A DNA stretch of 60,974 nt, from IMG/VR virus record IMGVR_UViG_3300043775_003665, positions 1-60,974 of that record. The stretch is one strand, 5' to 3'. This stretch comes from a virus. Taxonomy: Duplodnaviria > Caudoviricetes. Shown here in pieces: positions 9,576-20,768 of this stretch. Position 1 is the stretch's first letter; each line of letters opens with the position of its first letter. Position numbers and translations under genes: made by a program. The notes beneath the pieces were generated by a model. The model did not search any database. It was not told the origin of the DNA and saw nothing but the letters and a program-made list of their open reading frames with translations.

Positions 9576-12500
9576 TTATGCTTGTATTTTAATAAGTATT
9601 TTAAAATGGTTTGAATATCCAAGTTTTTTATTATATATTAATCTAAAACCTAAACCATCATTTTGATAACTCTGAATGTTAAAATTGGTTAATTCTTGAA
9701 AATTATCATCAGTTAATTGAGAGGCTTGAGTAATTGAAACAAATTCTGTTTCAACTCCTTTGTTTTCAATACCATATATCTTAATTGAATCTATAATAAA
9801 TCTATTTGATATATTTGATTTAGAATATACTTGTAAATCATCATCAATCGATGATTTATCGCCATAAGAATCTACGGCTTTAATATATTTTTTAAAATGC
9901 GTTTTAATTCCATCTTCAATTAATTCATTTAATATTGCAGAATATAAATAAAAATCTGCAATAACCTGTGAATCATCTTCAAACCAATGTATCGCCGATA
10001 TATTTGATTTAGTATATCTTATTTTATCTAATTTTTCTAATGAATTCTCTTTAGTATTTGTGTAGCTTGTTATTTCGTAAGAATCTTTAACTTTCATAAT
10101 AGTTGAAGTCATAAAGGCTTTCTTTTCCACCGGACTCAAAGTCCCATTTGTTAAAAAAGACTCTCCAATACTTAGCGATCTTGTAAAATAATCTTTTGCA
10201 TATTTTGATTTAAAAACATTAATCTCTTTTTTATCAATAGCAATCTCACCAATTAAAGGGTATAATGGCAATTTATCCGTAGTTTGTGAAAGTTTTAATA
10301 CATTTTTAGAGTCTTTCTCATTAACTTTATGATAAAAATAATTACTAATAACTCCATATTTATCTGTATTTTCTTTAAAAGAATCAAACGCAATTCCCTT
10401 TCCATTATAAAAATTATAGATAATATTAGAAAAAATTAAGTCATCAGTTCCATTTAATATTTTTCTATCTGAATAAATATCAGAAAATGTTACAATATCA
10501 TTAAAAAGAGGATTATAATCGCCATTCATCCTTCTTAAAATAGTAGCGTATCCTCCATCTTCTCTTTTTTCTATAATATTTCCAATTTTATTTGAATATA
10601 TTTTAAATGCCTTTGGCCTATCCGGATCATCATTAGATATTACAATCGATGGCTTAACAACATCAATTCCAGATTCTACTGAAAGAACAAAATCATTTTC
10701 TGTTTCTGTTCCATCTTCTGCAATTGTAACATAGTTAACTTGCCCAAAAGAATTTAATCTTTCTGCATACTTATATGCGCTAATTGAATCTAATAAATTA
10801 GCAAATTCATTTTCTCCTCCCCTATAATAATAAAATGGTCCACTAGGTGAAACAATAGAAAGATTATTATCGGAGATTCTAGAATTATCATCAGCTTCAC
10901 CTGTTTTTTTATCAAATTTATAAGGCCATCCACTTACTATAATTGAAGTATCATCAATAACATCCAGTATTTTTAACGCATAGGTTGTTTTAGCATAATC
11001 AAAATATATCCATGAATAGCTTCCAGTTGAATCTCGTTTAACAAATTCTGTAAATTTAGCATCACCTGCTAAAATTGAAATTTGCGCAGCATTAATAATA
11101 AATTGAGTATCTTTGTCTGCGGTTGGCTCAGCTCCATCAAAATCAATTAAGAAAGGAATTTTAGTATCGATAATTCTAGGATTGTAATATGGGTCATATT
11201 CAGGTCCAGGACTTAAATGTATATCTTTTAAAGTATATAATAAATACCTATTTAGTTCATTTTCTTCTATATCATTTTTAACAACGGTCAACTCAATATT
11301 AATGCAAATAAATTTAAACTTGTCATTTTTAATACAGTTAAATACAACCGAATTTTTTATAATATCAGTTGATGTGTTATAAGAAAGATACGATCCAAAT
11401 TTATAATCACTAATATCGACTCCTTTTAAAAACTCAGTTGGAATAGGATTTGTTACTTCTTTTCTTTTTTGAAAAATGTATCTAAGACCCCTAAAAACCG
11501 CCGATGAATTTTTTTCAAAATTACCGATATCAAACTTAGAGTATAGTTTTTTTGATTTATTATAATTCCAAACTTGATTATCTAAATATCCAGTCCAATT
11601 AAAATGACTTTCAAAAAAATTAAATTCAATATTTTTTAATTTATCAAGGGTTAACCCGCCATCGCTTGCAAAATCTAAATAATTATTTAAGTTGTTTTTA
11701 GTATTTTGTGTTTCTATTGGGATACGATTCAAATGAAAATGCTCCATGTTTAAAAATTCAACATCTCTCTTTGAATCCGATTCTATATTTGGCGATAAAT
11801 TATCATCTCCAAATGCTTCATTAACATTTAAAATATATGGCAAATTTCTAGCATTAGACGAGTTTTTAAGCTCATATTTACAAATAGTTGGAACAACTCT
11901 ACTTAAAAGAGCAGTTTCTTTAAGATTATTTTCTTTAAGACGGTCATATTCATTTAAGAGTTGATTTTTAACAACGGTTTCTGCAGTTTCAGTAGATAAA
12001 ATATCTCTAAGACCCGAGTAAAATAATGGAGCATCGACTGATAAATGTTTAGATGCATTTGTGTCTATAATCTCATCCAATTTATTTTTTTTGCCGTATT
12101 CAGGATTTTTATAAAAATCATACGCAAGGTCTCCTAAATCTGAGTTTCTTGTTGAATAAAAATCAAAATCAAAATCTTTAAAGTCATACGCGGCAAATTT
12201 ACCATGAATTGTTTTATATTCTTCATAAACCTCAAAAACTTTATCATTTGCTATTTTTGAAACACCATTTAATACTACTCGAAAATAATTATTATCGAAT
12301 GGGTCCTGATTAATCTCTATTATCTTAATAAATTTATTAGAATCTTTTTGTTTTAAATATTCTCCAACTTGAAGATTTCCAATTTCTGAAGATTTAACAA
12401 GAATTGATTGACCTTCTATTGAGCCAGAAATAGTAGTCCATGTATTCCAATCAACTTCAATGCTAGGAATTAGACCACTTTTATTAAATTCAGCATCATT

Positions 12501-14408
12501 AATATCAATAAAATCTTCTAAATTATTTTTATAAACTCCAAACGCAGTTTGTCTTCTCCTATTTCCCGCAACGATTTCTTCAATAATTATTGAAGTGTCT
12601 ATTACTTTAGTTTTATAAGTTACAATCTCTCCATTATTAATTGCCGAAGCAATTGCAATTGCTATTTGTTGTAAACTTCCTTGATTTGAAAATTTATTAT
12701 CAACAGCCCTTGCAGGTGGAATTAAAGAGTCTGCAATAATTAAATAATCACCCAAGTTATTGTTAGAAATTTTAATTTCAGTTTTATCACCAATAAAAAT
12801 TCTATCATTAGTACTTGGAACTCCTTTTACCGTTATCTTAATAAATCCTTTATAACTTGGTTCTTTTAATTCTGCAGTTATTTTTTTACCATTCTTAGCA
12901 TACCCTGCAAAAGAATCAATACTATTATTGTTTGTAGATATTAATAATTTATATAGTAAATTTTGACGGGGTTCTGCTCTTTCTAGCACAGTTATTGTTC
13001 CAGACATACTATCATGTAATCCACTATTGTAATAAAGAATAGGTGGGGCATCGTTTCGTACATTAAAAACTATTGTATTAATATCTGTAACATTACCAGT
13101 AACTCCATCATTATATTGATTTTCAAATCCTACTCCTGGAGTTGTTTTTATACAAAATGGATGGCCAACTGCCTGTACATTAAATATATAAGTCTGTTCT
13201 TTTATCACAGTTATTGGTCGATTAATCCAATTAGATTGTCCATTTATAATATACCCCTTTGAACCGCTATTAGTCACATTAAACACAGTTGGCTCGGCCT
13301 CTATTATATTTCTAATAGTTTTTAAAGATGAATCTTTTATATTATAAAAAACTCCAGATTTGTCTTTAACATATTGAATTGTTGGAATTTGAAATTGTTG
13401 AGTTTCCGGAAATATCTCAATATCTTGTATCGAAGTGCCTGTTAAATTAAGAAATGTTTTATAACTATTACAGTCAATATTTAATTCGCCTTTAGAATCT
13501 AATTCTAATGAACTAAAAACGCCTTCATCAATATCATCGGCATAAATTCCAAAATACCTATATATTTTATAATTTTCAGCGGTAGTATCGTCAAATAAAA
13601 ATTCTAAGTTAACTATATTTGCAGATATAATTCCATTTCTTTCAAATCCATTAGTAATTGTTTGATTGCTAAAAATTTCAGGATTGTCAACCTGTATATA
13701 GTCTCTATCTAGTTGTTCAGACTTAGATACAAATCCACCATTAACTATATCAATTCCATTAAAAGAAGATTGAGAAGATTCTTTAAAATTTATAGTTAAT
13801 GCTGAGCTTGGAAATCTTTTATCATTAATATGATTGTTTAAATATTCTCCAATTTTTGAAGATTTACTTAAATCAAAGGTTTTAATTATAGTAGCGTTTT
13901 TAAGAAGCTCTAAAATCCTAGAATTCTGCCCGGTAGTATCTTCTGTATACTCATTTTTATAATCAACATCCTCAATTCTATAAATTACAAATTTAGAAGG
14001 TACTTGTTTTTCAAGCCAAATCGGAGCAAATATCTTATATTGCTCATCATAAATTTTAGTAGTATTCTGGATTGCACCATAATGATATTGATCTTCATAT
14101 TGAAATTCATATTCAGAAAAAATTGTAATATCTGAATAATTTCTAAGAGTTTCATATCTTTGCGTTAGTGGAATTTTTTTAAAAAAATTCGCAATGTCTA
14201 TCGAATATACTCCATTAGATTTAACTTCGTATTTTTGGTATTCAATTTTAGAAAGTTCATTGTTTGCTCTAAAAGAACTTAAAAATAAGTCACCGACTGA
14301 GTTGACGAGTAGTTTTACATTACTCGTCAACTTAGGGTTTGTTCTTAATAGAGCAAAAGACTTATTATCTATTGAATTGTTTACGGCGCTAGTATTAATT
14401 GTAGCCAT
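9576..14408 (-). CDS. Large putative virion/baseplate structural protein with an inserted cupredoxin-like domain
   Basis: 1610-aa ORF inside the structural cluster; internal GHPFCI..LYYNSGLHDSMSGTITV segment. Confidence 0.55.
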   Translation of the reverse strand: MATINTSAVNNSIDNKSFALLRTNPKLTSNVKLLVNSVGDLFLSSFRANNELSKIEYQKYEVKSNGVYSIDIANFFKKIPLTQRYETLRNYSDITIFSEYEFQYEDQYHYGAIQNTTKIYDEQYKIFAPIWLEKQVPSKFVIYRIEDVDYKNEYTEDTTGQNSRILELLKNATIIKTFDLSKSSKIGEYLNNHINDKRFPSSALTINFKESSQSSFNGIDIVNGGFVSKSEQLDRDYIQVDNPEIFSNQTITNGFERNGIISANIVNLEFLFDDTTAENYKIYRYFGIYADDIDEGVFSSLELDSKGELNIDCNSYKTFLNLTGTSIQDIEIFPETQQFQIPTIQYVKDKSGVFYNIKDSSLKTIRNIIEAEPTVFNVTNSGSKGYIINGQSNWINRPITVIKEQTYIFNVQAVGHPFCIKTTPGVGFENQYNDGVTGNVTDINTIVFNVRNDAPPILYYNSGLHDSMSGTITVLERAEPRQNLLYKLLISTNNNSIDSFAGYAKNGKKITAELKEPSYKGFIKITVKGVPSTNDRIFIGDKTEIKISNNNLGDYLIIADSLIPPARAVDNKFSNQGSLQQIAIAIASAINNGEIVTYKTKVIDTSIIIEEIVAGNRRRQTAFGVYKNNLEDFIDINDAEFNKSGLIPSIEVDWNTWTTISGSIEGQSILVKSSEIGNLQVGEYLKQKDSNKFIKIIEINQDPFDNNYFRVVLNGVSKIANDKVFEVYEEYKTIHGKFAAYDFKDFDFDFYSTRNSDLGDLAYDFYKNPEYGKKNKLDEIIDTNASKHLSVDAPLFYSGLRDILSTETAETVVKNQLLNEYDRLKENNLKETALLSRVVPTICKYELKNSSNARNLPYILNVNEAFGDDNLSPNIESDSKRDVEFLNMEHFHLNRIPIETQNTKNNLNNYLDFASDGGLTLDKLKNIEFNFFESHFNWTGYLDNQVWNYNKSKKLYSKFDIGNFEKNSSAVFRGLRYIFQKRKEVTNPIPTEFLKGVDISDYKFGSYLSYNTSTDIIKNSVVFNCIKNDKFKFICINIELTVVKNDIEENELNRYLLYTLKDIHLSPGPEYDPYYNPRIIDTKIPFLIDFDGAEPTADKDTQFIINAAQISILAGDAKFTEFVKRDSTGSYSWIYFDYAKTTYALKILDVIDDTSIIVSGWPYKFDKKTGEADDNSRISDNNLSIVSPSGPFYYYRGGENEFANLLDSISAYKYAERLNSFGQVNYVTIAEDGTETENDFVLSVESGIDVVKPSIVISNDDPDRPKAFKIYSNKIGNIIEKREDGGYATILRRMNGDYNPLFNDIVTFSDIYSDRKILNGTDDLIFSNIIYNFYNGKGIAFDSFKENTDKYGVISNYFYHKVNEKDSKNVLKLSQTTDKLPLYPLIGEIAIDKKEINVFKSKYAKDYFTRSLSIGESFLTNGTLSPVEKKAFMTSTIMKVKDSYEITSYTNTKENSLEKLDKIRYTKSNISAIHWFEDDSQVIADFYLYSAILNELIEDGIKTHFKKYIKAVDSYGDKSSIDDDLQVYSKSNISNRFIIDSIKIYGIENKGVETEFVSITQASQLTDDNFQELTNFNIQSYQNDGLGFRLIYNKKLGYSNHFKILIKIQA

Positions 14409-14474
14409 GCAAGAAACCTCTTTTTATTTATATTATATATCACATATAATAAATCAATATAAAAAAGTAATTTA

Positions 14475-17400
14475 TTAAAACTGATTAATATCTGGAAATG
14501 ATAAATCAAACGAATTACTCGATAAATATCCTCTTCTACCAGTTCCGCTACTATAATTATTTACATAACTTGATAACATAGTACTTGTAATATTATTAAC
14601 ATTTCTGCCTTCAGTTTTATATTTAGCAGTAACTTCAACATCAAATTGAAACTCATCAATACCATTTTGAAGTATATCAATCCCTATTTTTTTAGCGTAG
14701 GTTAAGTTTGTAAACGTGTTATTTAATACTCCTCCAATTCTACCGGTTCCTGTATTTGAAGGTCCATAATAATCAGTCATTCGGTATTGAAATACTAAGT
14801 CAACTGATATTGCATTTGCACTGCCTCCTGGAATTAATTTTTTACCGCTCTTATTAGAAGCATCTACCGATAATGAAGTAGTATTTAATGGAGAAAGGTA
14901 AAGAAAAGAACCACATGATCGACCTCCTAGTAGGTATTGATCTTCTGGAGAGAAGGCAGATTTACCGGCTTGTCTGATTCCTTGAACACTTTTTGCAGAA
15001 GTAATTGTGCTTATAGTATTAATTATTCTAAGAGGTGTTTGTTTTTTGCCATGTATGTCATCTGCTCTTAATGTTGCGGTTTTAGGCATGCCAATTATTC
15101 CATTACTTGCAATTTGTAATGCAGAAGGACCGGATACTGGTTGGTTATTTGAACTACTTAGTTTTAAAAGAGGATGGTCAACGTGTAAATAAATACCATT
15201 TGAATATTCGCTATAATCAATAGCAAATGTATATATTTTTTGAGGTATTTTAGTGGTAGGATTATAAGTACCATTCCAAATAAAATCATTTGGACTAGTT
15301 GAGTTATAATTACTGTAGGAGTATGAAGCACCTACTGGATTCGTAGTATTCAAGTTAGCTGACGAAAAGTCTTTTGATCCGTCTGTTGATGTTTTTATTC
15401 CTTCAAAATTATATGAGATTCCATATTCATATTTATCATACGCACTATTTAAACCAGCGCTTCCTACTGGCCGTGTTGTTTCAGTTCCAATATAAATATT
15501 TCCATCTTTATTGATCCCTTCATTAATTACATATAGATTATCACTATTTGCAATATTTCTAAATCTAGAGTAGATAAATTGTCCTTTTAATTGAGAAGAC
15601 TGTTCCGGGCTATTATTAATATAGTCTGTATCAATACTATTAATATTTTGATAAACAACCGGGACTAAATCATATTTAGCTTCTGTTGTGTAATACGCGT
15701 TGCTACCATAAACAGAATCAATTGAATCACTTCCTGTTCCAAGTCCAAACATCACGTTACTTGAAGAAACTGGAGCTGGTTGCGTTGTATCTCCTACAAT
15801 TCTAGCGATTAACTCAAGATCTGTTGCTTTAGTATTTGATAATTCAATTTTAAAGTTTTTAGTAACTATAGATCCTTTTCCATTAAATGTCGGAATCTCT
15901 TGACTATAATAGCCCGCAAACAACTGGACTGTTGTGTTATTTGTCACTGGTGTAACGTTTCCATTTTCATCAATAATTCTTACAAGTAATTCTCCAGTTG
16001 TTTTTTCAACAACTCCTTTTAACCCTAGAATTTCATTTTGAAGAGCTAACAGTTTTTCATAGACAGTAATCGGTGATTGATTATCAGTTATAAATCCTGA
16101 AGATATTGTATTTGCGCTATGAGCAAATGTTTGATTACCAACTGTAAAAGATTCTCCAACATGAGAAAATACACCTGCAGATTCTAAGTTTTGTTGAATT
16201 TGCACCTTTAAAATATCAAGTTCATTATTTTTAATAACATTACCCAAAGGATCTGTATTAATTTCTGCTTGTGGAAACTCTATTTTTTGAATTGATGACC
16301 ATTCAGATTCTAGCGGATTCGCGGGGAATCCAGCTTCTGAAATTGATTTAATCATAAATTCAATAACTTCACCAGGATTAATTGCAATATCGAAAGAGTT
16401 AAAGTTTACTGCATTAGCATCTTCTTCACTTTCTAAAACCCAGCCAAATTTACCACTAGAATCCATTTCTCTTTTTCTAACAGGTCCACTAACTTCTACC
16501 CAATTTGAAAAAGCTGCTGTTTTTTCTGTTTGATTTGTTGCATCTATGAATTTTATTTGGTCAACCTCTGAAGTTTTTCCTGTTGTTGATGCATATCGGT
16601 ATCTAATCTTAAACTGAACAACCTCCTGCGATACTTGATTTCCAATTGTTTTTGGTTCTGGAACTGACCAAAAACCTCTAGCCTTATATTTTGGTGATGC
16701 TGTTTGTAAATCCGCAGATTCTGCAGAAGATTTAATCTCACTAACTATAGAAGAAAAAAGTTTAGATTCTAAATCTCTTTGAGAAACTAATGAGCTTAAT
16801 TCATTTTTATTGGTATCTCTTTCTGCTTGAGACGCGAATTTTTTACTATTAATTAAAGATTTTTTCTGTTTAATAGATTCATCGAGTTGTTTTAATGATT
16901 GCTCTGTTGTTGATTTATCCGACTTTAACTGTTTAATTTTATCAGTTGCGGTATTATCAGTCAAATGTTTATTAATTTGAACAACTTTAAAATTTTCAAT
17001 ATTGATAACAGGAGGCGTTGGCGTTATTCCAGAAGCAGCAGGTGGAATATAATCAACTTTTAATGATTTAAGAAATTGTCCAAAATCTGCAACTTCATTT
17101 TTATAATATTCTGCCAATTTCATTTTATTACCAGCAACATCAACTGTTTCTAAATCATTAGAATAGAATCCAACACCTGGTGAAAAATCTTCAGCAGGTA
17201 TTTTTGAAACTGGGTCTATTGGTTTAACAAAAATAACCTGTCTTTCATTAAATGCAACGTTAATTTCGATATTTATGTCAGTATCAACATCCTTATAAAT
17301 TCCAAGTTGGTTAACTCCAAGTTTAATAGCTTCAGAACCTTCTAACAATAGCAATTCTACCTGTGATGTTGAAGAATCAATAGAAATAATTTTATATCTT

Positions 17401-18224
17401 GTTCTATAATTACCGGAGTTTATAATAACAGAATCTCCAGTTTTTAATGTTTCAGTATCTTTAAGGCTTTTAGTTGAATCAGTAAACGATAATTTATTAA
17501 GTGTGAATAATTTAACTGTTTTAGTTTGAGTTATTCCATCAATAACAATATTCTTTTGGGCATTGTCTATTTTAACTACATCAAAAAATCCAGTATATTG
17601 AATAGTTCTAATAGGCATATCAATAACTTGCGAATCTAAGTAATATACGAAGTTATTACCACTTAATCGCGTTTTAAAATCAGTATATGATATTTCGCTG
17701 CCACCTTTATAAATTTCATCAAATGATGTAATTGATGGCAAGTCGTTCTCATTAAATATGTATCTTTCAACATATACCTTTTCCGTCTCTACGGGTATTT
17801 GTCCACTTACATCTAAATTAACGGTAAGTAATGGATTTAAAAAGTTTTCGAAAAAATCATTTAATTTAGTTGAAAATTGAGTAGGAGATGTAAGAGATGT
17901 TATAGAAGGAGATGGTCCTTTTAATCTAGAAGTATGGATAGTTCTAAAAGTACCATCCTTTAATCTTACATTTGCATTAGAACCTTCAAGTCCACTAATA
18001 GAACTAACATTTTTATTTAAACGATCAATTTCTCTTTTCAAATAACCAAATGCAGGTATTTGAATAGTTTCCATTTTTCCAGTTTTGGTATCAAAAAGAT
18101 CAATGCTAACGGTCTCTTTATCAGTCGTTATAGCTTCATTAATTTTTTTAAACGTTTCTAATGAGTTTGTGTTTAACTCAAGAAATTGTTCAAGTAGGTG
18201 TGATATCGAATTGCTAGCGCTCAT
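14475..18224 (-). CDS. Large putative virion structural protein (coiled-coil and beta-rich domains)
   Basis: 1249-aa ORF tightly coupled with its neighbours in the structural module. Confidence 0.5.
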   Translation of the reverse strand: MSASNSISHLLEQFLELNTNSLETFKKINEAITTDKETVSIDLFDTKTGKMETIQIPAFGYLKREIDRLNKNVSSISGLEGSNANVRLKDGTFRTIHTSRLKGPSPSITSLTSPTQFSTKLNDFFENFLNPLLTVNLDVSGQIPVETEKVYVERYIFNENDLPSITSFDEIYKGGSEISYTDFKTRLSGNNFVYYLDSQVIDMPIRTIQYTGFFDVVKIDNAQKNIVIDGITQTKTVKLFTLNKLSFTDSTKSLKDTETLKTGDSVIINSGNYRTRYKIISIDSSTSQVELLLLEGSEAIKLGVNQLGIYKDVDTDINIEINVAFNERQVIFVKPIDPVSKIPAEDFSPGVGFYSNDLETVDVAGNKMKLAEYYKNEVADFGQFLKSLKVDYIPPAASGITPTPPVINIENFKVVQINKHLTDNTATDKIKQLKSDKSTTEQSLKQLDESIKQKKSLINSKKFASQAERDTNKNELSSLVSQRDLESKLFSSIVSEIKSSAESADLQTASPKYKARGFWSVPEPKTIGNQVSQEVVQFKIRYRYASTTGKTSEVDQIKFIDATNQTEKTAAFSNWVEVSGPVRKREMDSSGKFGWVLESEEDANAVNFNSFDIAINPGEVIEFMIKSISEAGFPANPLESEWSSIQKIEFPQAEINTDPLGNVIKNNELDILKVQIQQNLESAGVFSHVGESFTVGNQTFAHSANTISSGFITDNQSPITVYEKLLALQNEILGLKGVVEKTTGELLVRIIDENGNVTPVTNNTTVQLFAGYYSQEIPTFNGKGSIVTKNFKIELSNTKATDLELIARIVGDTTQPAPVSSSNVMFGLGTGSDSIDSVYGSNAYYTTEAKYDLVPVVYQNINSIDTDYINNSPEQSSQLKGQFIYSRFRNIANSDNLYVINEGINKDGNIYIGTETTRPVGSAGLNSAYDKYEYGISYNFEGIKTSTDGSKDFSSANLNTTNPVGASYSYSNYNSTSPNDFIWNGTYNPTTKIPQKIYTFAIDYSEYSNGIYLHVDHPLLKLSSSNNQPVSGPSALQIASNGIIGMPKTATLRADDIHGKKQTPLRIINTISTITSAKSVQGIRQAGKSAFSPEDQYLLGGRSCGSFLYLSPLNTTSLSVDASNKSGKKLIPGGSANAISVDLVFQYRMTDYYGPSNTGTGRIGGVLNNTFTNLTYAKKIGIDILQNGIDEFQFDVEVTAKYKTEGRNVNNITSTMLSSYVNNYSSGTGRRGYLSSNSFDLSFPDINQF

Positions 18225-18225
18225 A

Positions 18226-20172
18226 TTATCTTATTATTTCAAGTTCAAATGTCTTGTTTATTTCATCTATACATATTAATTCAAAATAAGGTTTTTTACT
18301 TAAAATATTATTGCTATCAATAAAAGATTTTAATACATAACCTCTGTTTTTGTCAGTGTATATATTTATTTTGTAAGTTCCCAGGCTTGGCAATTGATTT
18401 TTAAAAGAAAACTTAATAGTTTGCCCATTTTTCCAAGAATTAATAGTATCATCTAAGTATATATTCAAGTCTCCGGTCATTGTACCAGAATTAGTATTTA
18501 TTCTAATTAAATTATCGAATGGACGTATTCTTGTGATTAATCCAGTTGATGCGGTAAGCGACATGTTAAATGGATTTGTTAAAGTAATTAAAGAACCAGT
18601 TGTTGGAGACGTTGTTGTAAAATCATAATCAAAAATAGAATTTAAAACATATCCAGTATTATCATTAACGATTTTAATCATATTAGGATTTGATTTATCA
18701 ATTTTCATTCCATCTCCTGCGCTAAGAACATTAGTATTATACTGTATTTCTGCTGGAATAACCCCACTAATTACTTGATTTAACCTTGAATTTACCGAAG
18801 TAATCATGTCTAGGATTGAAGTTGATGATGCATAATTTAAAGCAGCATTTTCAATTGCAGTTTCTAAAGTTGCAATTCTATCAGAAAAGTCAGTAGAACT
18901 ACTATATACTAATAGATTTTCTAAGTCAACAACTCTTTGTGCAATTCCAGCATAAGAATTACTAGCATCAACCAGTAGTTTTGCAGCATTTTCTAGAGCA
19001 GTTGTTGTGTCTAAAAAAATATCCATTGAAAATGTAGAATAGTCATTGATATTTAACTCAACACCTACATTATCTAAAGATGAATTAAATTTCACATTTA
19101 ATTTAAGTGCAAACGCATTACCATTTAATCCAGTAACATCATTAGGTTTATATTTCGTAATTTCAGGTATATACCATCCTTCATTATTTGGACTATCTTT
19201 AAAGTTATCTAATATTAATATACCATATAGATTGGTTGACTTATTGCCAATATTTGACTTTGAATATAAATCATAGTAAACTAATATCGCATTAAATCTA
19301 AAATCTCCTCCTCTTTTAGAATATTCTAAAAAATTATTTAATTTAGGGTCATTTGAAATTTTAGCATAAATCGACGAGTTCCATTCAATTCCATAATTAT
19401 ACAATCCTTGAGGATCTAGGTTTATTTTGCCATTAATATTATCTGCAATAGAATCTAAATTTAAAAAAGCATCAGGGTGCGTTTGACCACTCCTACCATT
19501 TATAATATCGACCGGTTGATATGATGTTGCAGTTGTATTATAAATTGTTGACTTAAATAATATTTCTGGAGTATATCCTACCGAAGATGGAACATTTACA
19601 AATATTTCATTATATGTATTTCCTTGATAATTTTTATCATTTGAAACGTCGATATTTCCAATATACTTTACAACTCTAGAGTAATTGTTACCAGTATCTG
19701 TAGTTTCTTCTTTTTCTATAGCTCTAGAATATTCCCCCACGACTTGTTGAGAATTTGCAGTTTTAACTTCAAACGCACCTATATGATGTAACCACTTAAA
19801 TAATATTTTTTCAGCATCAGTAGAATACAGTGTATTATCAAAGTCATCATCGGTTAGGATAAAATTCTCGAAATTAAGAGCATAATTTTGTAAAGTCTGT
19901 GCAAAATCAACATTTGCATTTCCATCAGGAGTATATTCAGGAGCTTGTCCTCCCTCAGAAACTGCTCCACCTTTATATAATTTATTAAATTCAATAAAGT
20001 TTTCTCCATTACTTGGTTCTGATACTGCTGGAATATCTATTAATGCAAACTTAGAGTACTCAAAATTTATATCGGGATTATAATAAGCCCTTGTTAAATC
20101 TCGAGCAGCACTTGAAAATGCATACAATGTACCTCCCTGCTCTTGGGGTATTCTTATTAATGGTGTTGCCAT
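18226..20172 (-). CDS. Putative virion structural protein
   Basis: 648-aa ORF in the baseplate cluster; central coiled coil (IAQRVVDLE..RIATLETAIE). Confidence 0.5.
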   Translation of the reverse strand: MATPLIRIPQEQGGTLYAFSSAARDLTRAYYNPDINFEYSKFALIDIPAVSEPSNGENFIEFNKLYKGGAVSEGGQAPEYTPDGNANVDFAQTLQNYALNFENFILTDDDFDNTLYSTDAEKILFKWLHHIGAFEVKTANSQQVVGEYSRAIEKEETTDTGNNYSRVVKYIGNIDVSNDKNYQGNTYNEIFVNVPSSVGYTPEILFKSTIYNTTATSYQPVDIINGRSGQTHPDAFLNLDSIADNINGKINLDPQGLYNYGIEWNSSIYAKISNDPKLNNFLEYSKRGGDFRFNAILVYYDLYSKSNIGNKSTNLYGILILDNFKDSPNNEGWYIPEITKYKPNDVTGLNGNAFALKLNVKFNSSLDNVGVELNINDYSTFSMDIFLDTTTALENAAKLLVDASNSYAGIAQRVVDLENLLVYSSSTDFSDRIATLETAIENAALNYASSTSILDMITSVNSRLNQVISGVIPAEIQYNTNVLSAGDGMKIDKSNPNMIKIVNDNTGYVLNSIFDYDFTTTSPTTGSLITLTNPFNMSLTASTGLITRIRPFDNLIRINTNSGTMTGDLNIYLDDTINSWKNGQTIKFSFKNQLPSLGTYKINIYTDKNRGYVLKSFIDSNNILSKKPYFELICIDEINKTFELEIIR

Positions 20173-20191
20173 TTAAGCGATTGTGTTTTTG

Positions 20192-20767
20192 TTAGTATGT
20201 TATAGTGCAATTAACTGCAGATACTATATAGAAATCTCCACTTATATATCTTAATGTAATTGAACCGTTTTGTAATATTATAACGTTTTGAGTAGGTCCA
20301 AAAATATTCGTATTGTCAAGAGTAATACTTTCTTCTAGCGGTATCAATGTAATTTCTTGTCCTTCTTCTGCTGCAGATAACACTATTACATTAGAAAAAT
20401 CGGATGCATCCAATAGATATGTTGAACTATTGTAAGGAGTACCTGCAGATGGTAAAGAAGCCACAGATAATTTAATTGATTGAACTTGTTGAATTATTCC
20501 CCTTTTGATAATAACATTATTATCAAATTCTATTGGTAAATTTACTTTAACGTTAGTTTCATTTACTCTAAAAAGATCTCCTCCATTACTACTAATTTTT
20601 AAAGTTCCTCCAGATATTAATCCTCCTAATGTAAGAGTTCCATTATCAGCATTTAATGCAACTGAGATGTCTGCTAATTCATTATTAAGTGATGCAAAAT
20701 TATTATTAATTACGATTCTAGAAGAAGAAACACTATCGGTTCCTAAGATTGTTGTTATACTTGCCAT
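20192..20767 (-). CDS. Putative baseplate/fibre connector protein
   Basis: N-terminal D....SR..INNNF motif of the kind that begins T4 gp9/gp10-type and fibre proteins; located next to the wedge genes. Confidence 0.45.
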   Translation of the reverse strand: MASITTILGTDSVSSSRIVINNNFASLNNELADISVALNADNGTLTLGGLISGGTLKISSNGGDLFRVNETNVKVNLPIEFDNNVIIKRGIIQQVQSIKLSVASLPSAGTPYNSSTYLLDASDFSNVIVLSAAEEGQEITLIPLEESITLDNTNIFGPTQNVIILQNGSITLRYISGDFYIVSAVNCTITY

Positions 20768-20768
20768 G

